From: Lama guanicoe
Taxonomy: Eukaryota
Assembly (NCBI GenBank): GCA_013239625.1
Contig: MU053416.1
Span: 191,496-255,495 of the forward strand
Length of the DNA stretch: 64,000 bases
Direction of reading: 5' to 3'
Positions 1-14,400 of the stretch are shown piece after piece. Positions within the stretch are counted from its first letter, which is position 1, and each line of letters opens with the position of its first letter. A program made the position numbers and the translations under genes. Below the pieces are notes generated by a model. That model was not told the DNA's origin. It worked only from the letters and a program-made list of their open reading frames with translations, and made no database searches.

Positions 1-249
1 CTTCAAACATTGTCCAAGATGAGGGGTGGGGTCAGGAATCAAGCCAATGACTTCTTGGATCCAGAGCCCAGGATCTTCTTACGAACAACACGGCACTGCC
101 CAGGTTCCCTGCTCCAAAACCCGCCTCCCTTTGGCTCAGTTCCATGGTGCCTGCGCTGCGCAGATGTCATCACTGCCTGCCTGCCTGCCCAGCGTCTGAT
201 CCCAGCACTCCTCCCTCTGTCCCACACACCGCTTCCTTGCGCACACCAA

Positions 250-1580
250 CCCTCACGAGGCCATTGCTGTGCCTACTCGGATGTTTACACAGAAAGGCAG
301 GTGGCAGCCCAGCTTTTTGCTATAGATGCTGCTGTCAGTGGAGGCAAAGAGCTCACAGTTGCTGGGCGAGGCCACTTCTGGTCTCCTCCTTGGCTGGAGA
401 GCTGGATGGAATCTAGTTTCCTTCTGCAACTTAGACACTCAGCATGAGAGATATGTAAGGCCATCTGGCCTCTCAACATAGAAATGATGCCCCCGCAGTC
501 GTACTTAACATTGTAATCTCCTGGCTCCACCAGGGAGCAGAGGCCATGGCCTGTTGTCCACCAAGTTTTGTTTCCTTGCACGACAGCTACAATGGGGTGA
601 GTTAACACTGGACCAGAAAATCTACAAAGCACTTGTGTACTATTTCCTGACACTTGCAGGTCAACCAAATACCCCAGATCCTCCAAGTAAACAACTAGTA
701 AGAGGAGCTGAGCTGGGTCGTCTGTCAGACCCCTGATGGCAGGACTGATTTGGCCTCTCCTGCTCTGGGGATGATCCGTTCTCCTTCTGTGTGCCCTTCC
801 CCGAATGAAAGAGACTGTTCCTTGTTTATGGGCTAGGGAGTATTTGTGGCTGTCTGACCAGAACCTTCAAAAGTAGAGCTCTTGGTCAGAATGGAAGCAT
901 GGCACCCACGTCTCATGGGCTCAGCTACCCAACAGCCTCATCTAGCCAAGACTGTGGCCAACACCAGGGGTCCATGCTGTTGAGTGTTGGGTCTGGAGAG
1001 CAATGCCTCCACCACTGAGAAGCTGCCCCACCACTTGTGCCCTTGTCCCCATCCAGGGGGAGGTGATGCATCCATGGGATGAAAGCCTTGAGGGCACTAG
1101 GTGACTGTGGACCACGCTGTGACTGGACGGTCCTGCCCCCCATGTGACCCATGTTAGCCTCACGTGCAGAAAATCCCCAAAGAGACCCCTGCTTGAGTGA
1201 ACGGGTCACCTATAAGCCAACTGTCCTTGGGCTGCCTAAGAAGCAACACAGTATACACAGTGAGCCCCCCACTCACTGATGTCCCCAATGCTCACAGCTC
1301 CTTGATGTGACACCAGGTACCCCCAGCAAACAGAAGACCCTTACTTTATAATTGACTTGAGAATTCTACTGCCAACACTGCCTTCCACCTTCCACTTATG
1401 AAGTTCTTTCCACTCTGTCCCCTGCTGTGCAATTGTGCAATCAGTCCAGAGCTCCTTCATGAGACAGGAGGGAAGGGGGCCAGGCACAGCCATTAAAAGG
1501 ATGGCACAGCCATTAACACCAAGACGGTAGAAAAGTCAACTCCCAGTAGATCTTGAGCTTCAATACACACTCACTGAAAT
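250..1580 (-). mobile_element. Degenerate endogenous retrovirus internal region (integrase remnant, probably ERVL class)
   Basis: Broken minus-strand frames give, in order, LLGVDFS..., GYLVSHQG...ISEWG...QPKDSWLI, SLKQ and WMHHLP. These parallel the integrase core motifs (LTGVDTYSG, xxSDQG..VQEWA, HPQASGLIER..LK, W..xLP). Many stops and frameshifts; boundaries approximate. Confidence 0.45.
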
Positions 1581-1609
1581 ACAGCAGGATGCTAAATGGC
1601 ACTCCCACA

Positions 1610-2058
1610 GGTGCCAGGACAGGTTCAAGGCTGACCATAAAAGGTCAAAGGGTGAGTGGTGGCCCAATTTCTGGGAATCCCAACACCTTCCCCAAAGCAG
1701 TTGGAATATTCCTCCCACTTATTAGAATATGAAGATACTGAGTGCATAAAAACTAACAACCCCACTCATCGTGGCTGCTCTCTCTGCTGAGGGAGACAGC
1801 CCACACTCTGTCTGTGGAGTGTGTATCTACTTTTACTTTAAACTGGAGCACCCAACCCCCACGCCTCATGGCCTTTCTCTTGCCTTCTGAAACAGCCCAC
1901 TCTGTATATGGAGTATATATCTCTCTGAATAAATCTACATTTACTGAACTGTGGCTCTCTCTTGAATTCATTCCTGAGCAAACCAAGGACCCACACTTGG
2001 CGAGGTGCATCCCAGAGACCCAAATAAGACCTGGGATACGGCCATCCTCTCCCCCACA
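1610..2058 (+). mobile_element. ERV1-type LTR (3' part)
   Basis: AATAAA at about 1928 followed by ctcttgaattcattcctgagcaaaccaaggacc, typical of ERV1 LTR R/U5; ends ...ccccaca. Confidence 0.55.
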
Positions 2059-2139
2059 TTTTCCTGTATCATGCATTCCTTACCAAAGGATCTCACCTTG
2101 TGCACTCCAAAATAGACAGCACTCATGTGTCCTGACCTG

Positions 2140-2271
2140 GATCTGCTTCTGCGTGTATCATTTCTCATGTCCACTTGAATGTCACCTTCATGAGGACAGG
2201 GATTTGGTTCTGTTCACAATGGAAGCACCAGCACATCACAGGTGCTGGAGAAGTATTAGTTGAATGAATGA
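2140..2271 (+). mobile_element. L2 LINE 3' end
   Basis: Typical L2 terminal motif ...ttggttctgttcac...cacaggtgct...tagttgaatgaatga. Confidence 0.65.
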
Positions 2272-4359
2272 GCTGTGGGAAGTCCTGGGAATTCCACCTG
2301 CAACTCCTAGCCACTTGGGTCCCAGCTGACTCCAGTTGCTCCCTGCTACTCATGGCTGACCTCTTGCCACCACTCTCTGCTCTGCCACCACCTAAGCCGG
2401 GATGAGCTGAGATGATCACACACCCCGGAGAGCATGGCGGCTGGTTCATGAGGTTGCAACACACTCGCCCCTTGACTGCTAGGGGTTACTTAGGATGGAC
2501 AAACTGAAGGCAGCACCATGTGCACTGCCCTACCCCACAACTCACTTGGAGCACCAGGACTGCACATAGGGGAAACACTGGCTCTTTCCAACTGAAGGAG
2601 AGGGACTATGTGTGAGAAGAGGGTCTCTGTGAACTAACAGTCTCTTTACAAGCCCAGTCTTAGAAAAGCTTTTTAAAGACACTTTTGGTATCTTCCTTGT
2701 GTTTCTGTAATCCCTCTAGATTTTATCATTTTAATCTACACATCAGAAATAAAGATGCTCTTGAAATCTCTATTGATTTTCAATGAAGAAAATCCTCAAT
2801 TTCCTTCACCACTAAGAAAATTACTGCACTTTATATAAAAAAAAAGCAGCTTCCTTTCATGAGTTTCTATCTTCAAACACCTAATTTCACAAGAACCAGT
2901 GAAGTGGGACATGAAAATCATGCTGTGCTTTATCACCTACAGTTGGGCAGGGATGAAATGAATGAGTACTGATCTCATGAGGCAGGAAGGCTGGGGCTGT
3001 CTTATTCCTGCTACAGATGGGAGGGTCCATATCTGTGAGGGGGAGGAAGGACCAAGGATGAGAAACCAACATTTTCTAACCCATTTCTCTTTTTCAGAGT
3101 CCCAGACAAAACAGTGTGATTGTATCAACAAAAACAAGAACATCTGCACCCTTCTAAAAGCAAGCCACAACTTTACTACTGCACACGGCACTCTGACACT
3201 GACCTAAAGGCTGATGACAGCCAAGAAATTTGCAGGGATCTTATTCTGTGCTCATCCCTTTTTGTCTTTGGAACCTCAGGAAATTTGCCTCTTCTCCATG
3301 AGTGTCATTTTCCTCATCCTTCAACTGGGAGTGTAACAGTCATTCATTTGCTCAGTGTCTATTTGACAACAGAAGACGGCTTATAAAAACAACAAAAAAA
3401 GTAAAACAGCAATTCTGATCTGTGCTGTCTTCCTCCTTCTCCCTGAACATGAACTTACAGAGTAAAGTGGCATCTTTCACTAAATCCTGAACTTAAGGAG
3501 CAGTTCTGATAAGGAAGTCACAGGACTGCCGTGTAACTGAGAAATGACCTGGTGAAAAAGAATGAGTTGCCAGCAAATCCTCAAAACCCATAAGGGTGCA
3601 AACCCTGGGAGCTACAGGCATGGGTGGGAGTTCCTTAGTTCCCCATTTCACAAAGCCAAGAACATTGCAGAGTCCATGAAAGACACAGATAGCCCAGCAC
3701 AACCACACCATGTTTTGGAGTACACCGGGTCCACATCACTGCTGCCCTGCACTTCTGTGTGTCCCAGAGCAAGAGTCCTGGGCGGGGGTGACTGTGTTTG
3801 AGGCTGGACAAGAACTTCCTGTTCTGTCTCTTTTGCTCTCTCTCTTCCTGCAATAAAACAACTGGTAGGACTCTGGTGGGGAGCACTGCACCCACATTCT
3901 CTGGCAAACCACACACCAGGCAGCTCTAGCTCATCTGAGAGAGGACTCTTCAATGAACATATACACACCAAAGTCAGGCAGAAGGCTGCCTGTGACCTTG
4001 GGAATCCAAACCAGCTTGTCCTGTTAATCAGGATATTAGATATCTAAAGAAAGTGTGCACCAGATGAAGATGATGCCTGTAGACAGTGTTGGTGGTTATG
4101 TCCAGCAGTGTCTAAGGACAAGTCAAGCTCTGGTAGATGGGAGCATTTTGGTTGCTTTAAGAGTTTGCTACTGAAGGGCTGAGACATTTCATTGGGCCTT
4201 GAAACTCCAGAACTCTTTACTCACAAAGGCACACAAGTTAGGGAAGCCAGCTCAGCCTTTATTCCCACTTCCTAACCAAAAGGCTATGAGTTTGAAAATA
4301 TATTTCTCGTACTCTTTTGCAGCAAGGCTTCCAGAAGTGGCTTTAAAAATGCCCATCAG

Positions 4360-4592
4360 AGATTGAGATTTGCAAATATTAACTAATATATGTAAAAATA
4401 GCTAAAAAATGAAATTTCTTCTGTATAGCACAGGGAACTATATTTAATATCTTGTAATAACCTTTAATGAAAAAGTATATGAAAAGGAATTCATAGATAT
4501 ATACGTGTATATGAATGACTGGAACATTGTGCTGTACATCAGAAATTGACACATTGTAACTGACTATACTTCAATTAAAAAAAAATATATAT
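4360..4592 (+). mobile_element. 5'-truncated L1 3' UTR with poly(A) and target-site duplication
   Basis: Cetartiodactyl-type L1 3' end (ctgtatagcacagggaacta...ctatacttcaattaaaaaaaaa), flanked by the 12-bp direct repeat aatgcccatcag at 4348-4359 and 4593-4604. Confidence 0.85.
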
Positions 4593-5989
4593 AATGCCCA
4601 TCAGCAGCATCTGAGTGTCACTGAAAGCAGAAACCCAGATGAATGGAGGCAGAGGTGGTTCGAGGAGCTACTTTATTTTGCTGGGGTGGATGCAGCCATC
4701 ATGGTAGAGATCTAGAAGTAATGCTCACAATGGCCACTCACTGATCTGCAAATGAGTTAGGGTAACAGCTTCCTGAAATCCTCCCCACCCCTCCTGATAA
4801 GCCAGGTGTCTGGGGTTTCTCTGGAAATCACTAGGCGCAGTCTGGAACTCAAAGGTAAAAATTAAGAACTGCAGTCAGGCAGCAAATGGACTGGCAGGAC
4901 GCGTTGGACAAAAGTAGGTCAGAAATAACAAGGAATGGGGAGGGGATAGAACGTGTGCTGAGGACCCTGACTTCAGTGGTGGATTGTCTGTGTTGAGGAC
5001 TCTGAGTCAGTATGAGTAGATGGATTGGTGTGGACTAAAATGGTGGCCATTGTTCAGATAAGTGTGTGATTTGGACTATATTTATTAGAGGAAGGTTTTT
5101 TTTTTCCCCTTCAACATTGATCATTTCTAGGGAGCAGAAAAATACTCTGCCACACAACATCTAAGTGCAAAAGAGATGCTACAGGATGATGGTGGTATGA
5201 AAAATTTCAGTTCTGCATTTTCAAGATTTCCTTAATGAGGTTCACAGCAGTAGGTACTTAAAATAAAATATGGTATTTAAAATAAAGACATCATCATATG
5301 TACATATCCTTAAAGATACACATATGGTGCTATAAGTGGGCCTGAAATGTGTTCTGCATTCTAAAATCCGATGAAATAAAATCAGTAGTTCAATATGCCT
5401 GTCGGCTCTATAAACATGATGTAGCTCATGATCACAGAAAGCAAGATCAGCTAGGAAATTTGAGGTTTGTCTTTTCCAGTGTCAAAGGTAATATTTTTTG
5501 CTTTACTTAAAAAGCATTCTTTTAAATTAGGGCTTTCAGCATCCATTGGTATATGGGGTTCAGTAGATGTGTTCAGATGTTCTAGACAGTGAATCAGAGC
5601 AAAGACTGAGGTTTAGACAGTAGTTAAATGTCTCACCCTTGTGATCAGCATCCACATATTGCTATACTGAAAATCCTTAAAAGTGAGAACTTCATTAAAG
5701 CAACGAAAAGTGAGGGAGAAAAATAGCCACAGACTAGTGGAAGTTTTGTAACTTGTAAAAATGACAAAGGGCTATTCATGAGCATATTTTTAAAAACTCC
5801 TACACTTTAATAAGAAAAACAACAAACTGACAACAGGTTGCACACAGCTCCCTGTAGGAGAAGCCATGCAGATGGACTCTTATGTGAATGGGGCTGGAGC
5901 TGTAGAATTAGTTAGTCTTGCAAGTAATTCAGTTAAAAATAAATGCAAATGGGATACACTTCTAAAATATCTGAGTAAAAATCTTGGAA

Positions 5990-8900
5990 AACTTACTCCT
6001 CTATCAAGCAATGACAATGGCAAAATTTGTCAAAATTAACCTCTGCAGAACTCTGGAAATTAAACAAAGGCTTCCAGCAATCCGGGGAGTGTTTCTTTGA
6101 GAAAAAAAAACAGCTAAATCTCCATAAAGATAGTGAATTTTGTGGCATTGTAACTTGATCTACCCCATCCCCATATCCTCCCCTAAATGGTGGCCTTTAA
6201 AAGCAACAGTCTCACAATCAAGGTAGGGACAGAAATGATTTGAAGTTACCCAAAAAATCCGCCCCCAGAGAGCTGTCACTATTTGACCTATCACAAACTC
6301 ATGCTGTGCAAACAGCCTGTCCCCAGAGTGTGTGTGGAAAACAATCAACAGTGAGTATTTAACATTACAACTGCCTGTGGCAGTGGTACCAGTTGAGGCT
6401 AACTAGATGCTGACTAGGAAACTTAGAAGGCAAAATTGAGTAATGAGACGTTCTGGGGTGGAGGTAGGGTTAAAAAGCTCCAAAAAATTCTGAGAATTGT
6501 AGAAGGCCGTACATATGTGTGGCACATGGCAAGGAAAGATCTGAGAAAATCTTAAGCTTTTTCAACTCTGGCTGAACTTGAGGTTCTGCATAAGCAAGAA
6601 CTAAAGGCTATGGAAGAGCTGCAGACTGCCTGCTGTTGCTGAGGGCATCCCTCAGCATGCAGACACACAGCCACCGGGCAACAGCTCAAATGATTGGCTC
6701 CAGGTATTGAAAGAAATCACTGTCCAATCATTATTACAGTGATGACAGTTAGGCTTTCTGCACACATACTGTTCTCATGGCCATGCATGATAAAGAATAC
6801 ATACTTTACAGAATTTGTTCAGGAAAGTAACTAAATAAATAGCTGCAGCAGCAATGACAATGGAAGCAATGATAGACCCTGGAGATGAGGAAAATCTGGC
6901 TTTCAGATCTACCACACTGTAATATTTTAAATGTCCAGTTTTCAACAGAAAATTACAAGATGTACAAAAGCTTTCAAAAGAAAATTACAAGATGTAAGAA
7001 GAAACAGAAAAGGTTGGCCATAACAGGGGAAAAAGTAGTCAATAGAAACTCCCTGAGGAAGCCCAGACACTGGACTTACTAGACAAAGACATAAATAAGC
7101 ATTTACACATATGTTCAAAAAACTAACAGAAATCATGCCTAAAGAATTAAATTATGTGAACATCTCACTGTACAGAGAATATCAATAAATAAAATTTATA
7201 TTTAAAACCAACCAGAAATTCTAGAAATACAAATATAATGACTAAAATGAAAAATTCAATAAGACGTTTCTCTATAGATATGAAATTTTTGAAGAAAAAG
7301 TCAGTTAACTTAAAACTACTGAGATTATCCAGTCTGTGGAACAGAAAGAAAAAGGAATGAAAAAGAATGAACACTGTGTCAGAGATAGGTGGGACACTCA
7401 ACAATACCAATACACACATAATGGGAGTGCCAGAAGGAAGGAGAGAAAAAAAGGGGTAGAAAGAATATATAAAGAAATAATAGCTGAAAACTTCACAAAT
7501 TTGATGAAAACATTAATTTGTACATCCCAGCAGCTCAAAAAACTCCACGTGTTATAAACATAGAGACATCTAAAATAGGCACATCAGACTCAGTGTGTCA
7601 AAACAGAAGAACAAAGGATCTTGACAGCAGAAAGAGTAATGTGGCTCAACATATAGAAAGGCTCCTCAGTAAGACAGTTGACTTCTCATCAAAAACCATG
7701 GAGACTAGAAGGCAGTGGGATGGTATCCTCAAAGTGATAAAAGTATTTTATAGCCAGCAAAGTGATTCTTCAAAAAAATTAAAGGAGAAATTAAGACACT
7801 CCTACAAAAACAATAGAAGGCAGTAGGACGGCATCGTCAAAGTGATAAAAGGAAAAGACTGTCACCATTTTATAGCCAGCAAAATGATTCTTTAAAAAAA
7901 TTAAAGGAGAAATTAAGACACTGCTACAAAATCAAAATCTGAAAGAATCCATTGCTAACAGGACTGCCCTACAAGAAATACTAAGGATAATCCAGCAGGT
8001 GTAAATGAAAGGACACTCACCTGAAAAATAAAGAGCACTACTACATGAGTAAAAAAATAAAACAGTATAAATCGAGTATTACATGTAAATGTTTGGTTGT
8101 ATTTGATGTAAAGGACAACTGCATAAAACTATACTTATGAAACTGTGTAAATGGATGTGCTTAAAAATGCATAAAGGTGTAATTTGTATGACAGTGACAG
8201 AATGAGGAGGGGGAGGGAAAAGATTGATACCAAAGCAGAGTTTTTGTGTACTATTGAAATTAAGTTGGCATTCATGTGAACTAGATTGCTTTAAAACAAG
8301 ATGTTAATTATAATCTTCTGGGCAATGGAGGAGAAGTAAGGAGGAGGAAGAGAAGGAGGAGGAGGAGGAAAAAAGATAAAATAAGCAACAAATTAAAATG
8401 GAACACTTGAAAATGCCTAGTTTAAACAAAAAAGTGTAGTAATAGAGGAATGGATAAAAAAAGACATATAGAAAGCAGATAGCAGATGTACCTTCAACCT
8501 GATAAGAAATTACATTAATGTAAATGAGAATTAAACATTCTTACCAAAATACTAAAGGCAGAAATGAACAGAATAGAGAATAGATGATCAACAGAGAATA
8601 ATCAACAAAAAGAAAAGTTGGTTCTTTGAAAAGATCAACAAAATTGACAAATTTTTAGCTAGTATTAAAAAAAAGAGAGGTCTCAAATTACTAAAATGAG
8701 AAATGAAAGGAACGATGTCACTACTGTCCTTACAAAGATAACAAGTAATATAAGGGAATATTATGGATAATTATATAGCCAATAAATGAGATAATCTAGA
8801 TGAAATGGATAAATTCCTAGAAAGACATAAATGACTGAATCTAATTCAAGGGGAAATAGAAATCTCAAATAATCCTACAATAAGTTGTGACTGAAATAAT

Positions 8901-11408
8901 AATTCAAAACATTCCCACAAGGAAATGCTAGGCCCATATGGCTTTGCTGGTGAATTCCATCAACTACTTAAAGAAAAAACAAAAACAAACAAACAGAAAA
9001 AAAACAATGCTTCACAAACTCATCTAAAAATAAAGAGGTGGGCACACTTCCCAATTCATTCAATGAGACTAGTATCACACTGATACCAAAACCAGAGAAA
9101 GGCATCACAAGAAAACTAAAGACTATCTCTTATGCATATAAATGCAAAAGTTCTCAACAGAATACAAGCAAATCCAATCCAGTAACATATAAAATAGACC
9201 AGAATTAAGTAGGATGTGTCCAGGTATTCAAAGGCAGTTCAACATACAAAAGTCAATTCATGTAATACGCCATATTAATAGAATAATGAAAAAACTAGGA
9301 ATAGAAGAGAACTTCCTCAATTTGACAGAGAACACCTATGAAAAACCTGGAGCAAAGATCATACATAATGGTGAAAGACTGAATTATTTCCTCCCAAAAT
9401 CAACATTGTACTAGAGGTTCTAGTCAAAGCAACCAGACAAAGAAAATAAAGCCTCTAGATTAGAAAGAAAGAAATTAAACTTTTTCGATTCCAGATGACA
9501 TGATATTATATATTGAAATCACAAGGAATCCACAAAGAAAAAAGAGAGAGCGAGAGAAAAGAAAAAAAAACCTATTAGAATTAATAACCCATTCTGACCA
9601 AAATTGAAAGACACAAATCAATATATAAAAAAGTAATTATATTTCTATACAACAGCAGTGAATAATCTAAAAATAAAATGAAGGAAACATTTTCATTTAC
9701 AATATCATCAAAAAGAATAAAATTCTTAGGAATATTAAAAATATGTGGAATACTGAGAAAAATGTCTGAAACTTGTTTATTGAAAACTAAAATACTACTG
9801 ATAGAAGTTAAAAATGACCTAAAATAAATGGAAACCTCTTCTGTGTTCATGGATCAGAAGCCTTATTATTGTTAGGATGGCAATTGTCCTCAAAATGACC
9901 TATAGATTCAATGTAACTCTGGCTTTTTGGCAGAAATGAACAAGCTGATCCTAAAACTAATATAGAAATGCAAGATACCCAGAACAGTCAAAACAATCTT
10001 GAAAAAGAACAAAGTTTTGGAGTTTCCAAATTCAAAACTCATTAACAAAACTGTAATCCATACAGTGTGGTACTTGCATAAAGGACAGACAGATAGATTG
10101 AGAGAAAAGAACTGAGAGTCCATAAACAAACTCTTACATGTAGACAGATAATTTTTGACAAAGGTGCCATAACAATCCAATGGGGAAAAATAATCTTTAC
10201 AAAATGATGCTGGGACACCTGAACATACACCTGGAAAGAAAGAAAACTGAACTTTTCTCTTAACAGCATTTATGAAAATTAACTCACAATAAATCACAGA
10301 CCTGAAACTGTAAAACTTTTAGAAAATGAACAATGAGAAAATCTTCAGGACTTTGGATTACAAATACTTCTAAGATATGACAACAAAGCACAAACAACAA
10401 AAGAAAAAAATCAATTAAACTGGACTTCAGTAAAATTGAAAACTTCTGTGCTTCAAAGGACTTCATCAAGAAAGTAAGAAGACAATCCACAGAATGGGTG
10501 AAAATATTTCCAATATTTTCCCTGATAAGTGACTTTTATCCAGAATAGACAAAGAAGACTTAAAATGTGACAATACAAAGACAAATACAATTAAAATGGG
10601 CAAAGAATTTGAATAGATGTTTCTCCAAAGGAGACATACAAATGGGAAATAAGCACATAAAAATATGTTCAACATCAGTAGGCATTAGAGAAACAGAAAT
10701 CAAAAGCACAATGACATACCACTTCATACCAACTAGGATGACAAATAGATATGATATATTATATATAAATATGTTTCTATAAACCCGGTAATAAAAAGTG
10801 TTGATGAGGATGTGGAGAAACTGGACTCCTCATACATTACTACTGGAAATATAAAATGGTGCAGTCACTTTAAAAACTACTTTAGCAATTCCTCAAAATG
10901 TTAAATGTTGAATACATCCCAGCAATTCCATTTTTTGATATATCCTCAAGAGAACTGAAAATATGTGTTCACACAAAAACTTGTCCATGAGCATTTACAG
11001 CAGAATTATTCATCATCAACTGATGGATGGATAAGCAATGTGGTGTATTGATAACAATGGCATATTATTTGAACACAAAAAGGTATTTGGGTACTGATAT
11101 ATGCTACTCCTTGGATGAGCCTTGACAAGGTCACACTAAATGAAAGACGACAATCAAAAAAAGCAGCATACTGTATGGTTCTACTTATATGAAATGCCCA
11201 GAACAGGCAAATCCATAGAGGCAGAAAGTAGAGTGTTGGCTGCTGGGGTCTAAGGGAAAGGAAGGTTAGGGAGTGACTTACTAAAGGGTACTGGTTCCTT
11301 TTGGGGGTGATGGCTACACAACGCTGAAATGTACTTAAAACCTCAATGCACACTTTCAAAGGCTGCATTTTATGGTATGTGAATTATATCTCCATAAAGC
11401 TGTTATTA
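5990..11408 (+). mobile_element. Ancient degenerate L1 (L1M-type) with ORF1 and ORF2 remnants and 3' UTR
   Basis: ORF1-like peptides (GVERIYKEIIAENFTNL; DFSSKTMETRRQWDGILKV). ORF2-like peptides ([44 protein letters not shown]). L1MB-like 3' end tatgtgaattatatctccataaagctgtt. Start approximate. Confidence 0.85.
7706..7930 (+). repeat. Imperfect tandem duplication (about 110 bp) inside old L1 ORF1
   Basis: tagaaggcagt...aaggagaaattaagacact(c/g)ctacaaaa occurs at 7706 and again at 7814. Confidence 0.8.
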
Positions 11409-11410
11409 TT

Positions 11411-14400
11411 GAAGCTGAGCCCACCTATGAAGCAACTGGCACAGCACTGACTGTGGCATCTGGAGGGGAGTGACCCACCCACCCACCACGAAGGAGAGCA
11501 GCACCTTACTCAGTGTTGGAAGGGCACAATCTTCTTTCCGACAGACACTGTGAGCAGCACAGATGAGGGGCCAACAGAGCAAGCCGAGTTCGTGAAACAG
11601 GGCGAAGACAAAAAGACCTCTCAATAAAACCATTAAGAGCACAGTCTCTAGGAGAACACATCTTTGTTTTTTAAATCTTTTTATATCTGTTTTATTTTCT
11701 ATTACCTTTTTAATCTTTACTTTTTAAACAGTTCTATATGTTTACAGTTCTCACTTCATTTTTAATTCTCTTGGTTTTGATCTGTTATTCATTATTCACA
11801 GGTTTCAAATATTGTGTTTTGATTTTTTTCTTCTTTTTATTAAGATTTTTAAAAGACATCTCAACTTGATTCCTATTCTGCTTCAACTTGTTCTCCTATT
11901 ATTGATTATACACTGTTTTCAAATCTTCTTTTCTTCCATTGTTTTAAAATTCTCTCTCTCTCTTTCATTTTTAAGTTTTATTCCTGCATAGGCTTTAGAT
12001 AGATAAATAAATAAAATCCTTTAAGGACCACAATAGATAACTGATACTCCTTAAGCCACAGTGCCAGAGAGATATGAGCAGTATGAAGAAGTAGAGGAAG
12101 TACTCCCAATTAAAAGAGCAAGAGAAATCCCCTGAAAGAACGATCAATAAAATAAGCATTGATGGCCTACTAGATCAAGATTTAAAAAGGAAGTGATCAA
12201 ATTACTGAAGAAACTAAAAGAGATAGTGTTTAGAGACATAAAATATGTCAAAAACAAAATAGAAGCTATAAAGAAGAGCCAAGTAGAATTGGTAAACTCA
12301 CTGGCTGAAATGAGATCTGACCTAAAGGCTGTACAAAGCAGGCTAGATAATGCAGAGGAAAGAATAAGTGACCTAGAAGACAGGACAACAGAAAGCACCC
12401 AATCAGAGCAACTGAGAGAAAAACAAATAAAAAACAATGAAAACAATATAAGGAACCTATGGGATAATATAAAGCATGCCAATCTATGCATAATAGGGGT
12501 TCCAGAATGGGAAGAAAGAACAAAGGGGATGGAAAAGGTATTTAAAGAAATCATGACTGAAAACTTCCCAAACCTAAAGAAGGAATCAGACACCCAAGTA
12601 CAGGAGGCTCAGAGGTTCCCAAACAGGAAGAGCCTAAAGAGACCCACACCAAGACAAATCATAATCAAGATGGCCAGACTGAAGGATAAAGAAATGATCC
12701 TAAAGGCAGCAAGAGAAAAACAAAGAGTGAGTTATAAGCAAACCCCCATAAGGCTGTCAGATGATTTCTGTACACACACACTACAGCCCAGAAGACAGTG
12801 GCAAGATATATTCAAAGTCCTGAATGAAAAAAGATACAGCCTAGGATACTTTCTCCAGCAAGGCTATCCTTTAGAATAGAAGGAGAGATAAAGAATTTCA
12901 CAAACAAGCAAAAACTAAAAAACTAGCAACACTAAACCCATTCTAAAAGAAATATTGAAAGGTCTACTCTAAATAGAATAGAAGCAGGATGCTACAGAAA
13001 TGAGAACTCATAACTGGAAAGGTGATAACTACCATGAATTACAAACAGAATAAACATGAAATTGGAAAAGAAGACATCTAAATCACTGAGTGGGAGAGGG
13101 AAGCAAGAAAATGTAGAGTATTTTTTTCTTTCTTCTTTTTTTTTTTTAATTTTTTGTTCTCGGTAGGATGGGTTTGAGATTACATTACTATCTGTTTAGT
13201 ATACACAGTTACAGTAATTGGTTAACAGACTTACAAAAAAGTATATCCACAAGCCAAAAACTTACAAGTGAGTCACAAAAACTAAATACAATCCAAGATA
13301 ATATAAAGGAAAATTACCATACCACAAAAGGAAGAAGAAAGGAACAAAGAAGAAATACCAAATCAACTGCAAAAATAAATTCAAAATAGCAATAAACACT
13401 CATCTATCATTAATTACTGTAAATATTAATGGACTAAATGTTCCAGTCAAAAGACAGAGTAGCAGACTGGATAATAAAGCAAGAAACTTCAATACACTGC
13501 ATACCAGAGACACACTTTAGGGAGAAGGACACATATAGATTGAGAGTGAATGGACAGAAAAAGGATATTTCATGCAAATGGAAATACCAAAAAAGCAGGT
13601 GTAGCAGTACTGATTTCAGACAAAATAGACTTTAAAACAAGGGTCATAAAGAAAGATAAATAAAGACATTTTATAATGATTAAAGGAGCAATACAAGATG
13701 AGGATATTACAATCATTAATATATATGCACCCAACATGAGCACCTAAGTACATAAAACAACTACTAACAGAGATAAAGGGGGAAATTGATGGGAATAAAA
13801 TCATTGTCAGAAAATTTAACACCACATTAACATCACTAGACAGATCTTCCAGACAGAAAATAAATAAGGCAACAGAGAAATTTAATGATACAATAGATAA
13901 ATTAGATTTAGTGGATATTTTCAGAGCATTACAACCCCCAAAATAGGATATACATTCTTTTCAAATTCGCATGGAATATTTTCTAGGATTTATCATGTAC
14001 TTGGTCACAAAAGAAGGCTCAACAATTGTAAGAAGATAGAAATTATCTCAAGCATCTTTACTGACCACAATGCCATTGAAACTAGAAATCAACTTCAGAG
14101 AAACAAAGGAGAAAAAAAGGAAAGCATAGAGATTAAACAACATGCAATTAAAAAAGCAATGGGTCAATGATGAAATCAAAGTTGAAATTAAAGAATACCT
14201 TGAGACAAATGAAAATGTAAACACAACCACACAAACTTATGGGAGGCAGCAAAAGCAGTGCTAAGAGGAAAGTTTAGGGCGATACAGGCCTTCCTCAAAA
14301 AAGAACAATATCAAATAAACAATCTAAACCACCAGCTAAAAGAACTAGAAAGAGAAGAGCAAAAACACCCAAAAGTCAGCAGAAGGAAGGAAATAATAAA

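Noticed and set aside
12193..12879. 228-aa ORF as a functional gene
   Set aside because: Fragment of L1 ORF1 with an upstream TAG and a downstream frameshift.
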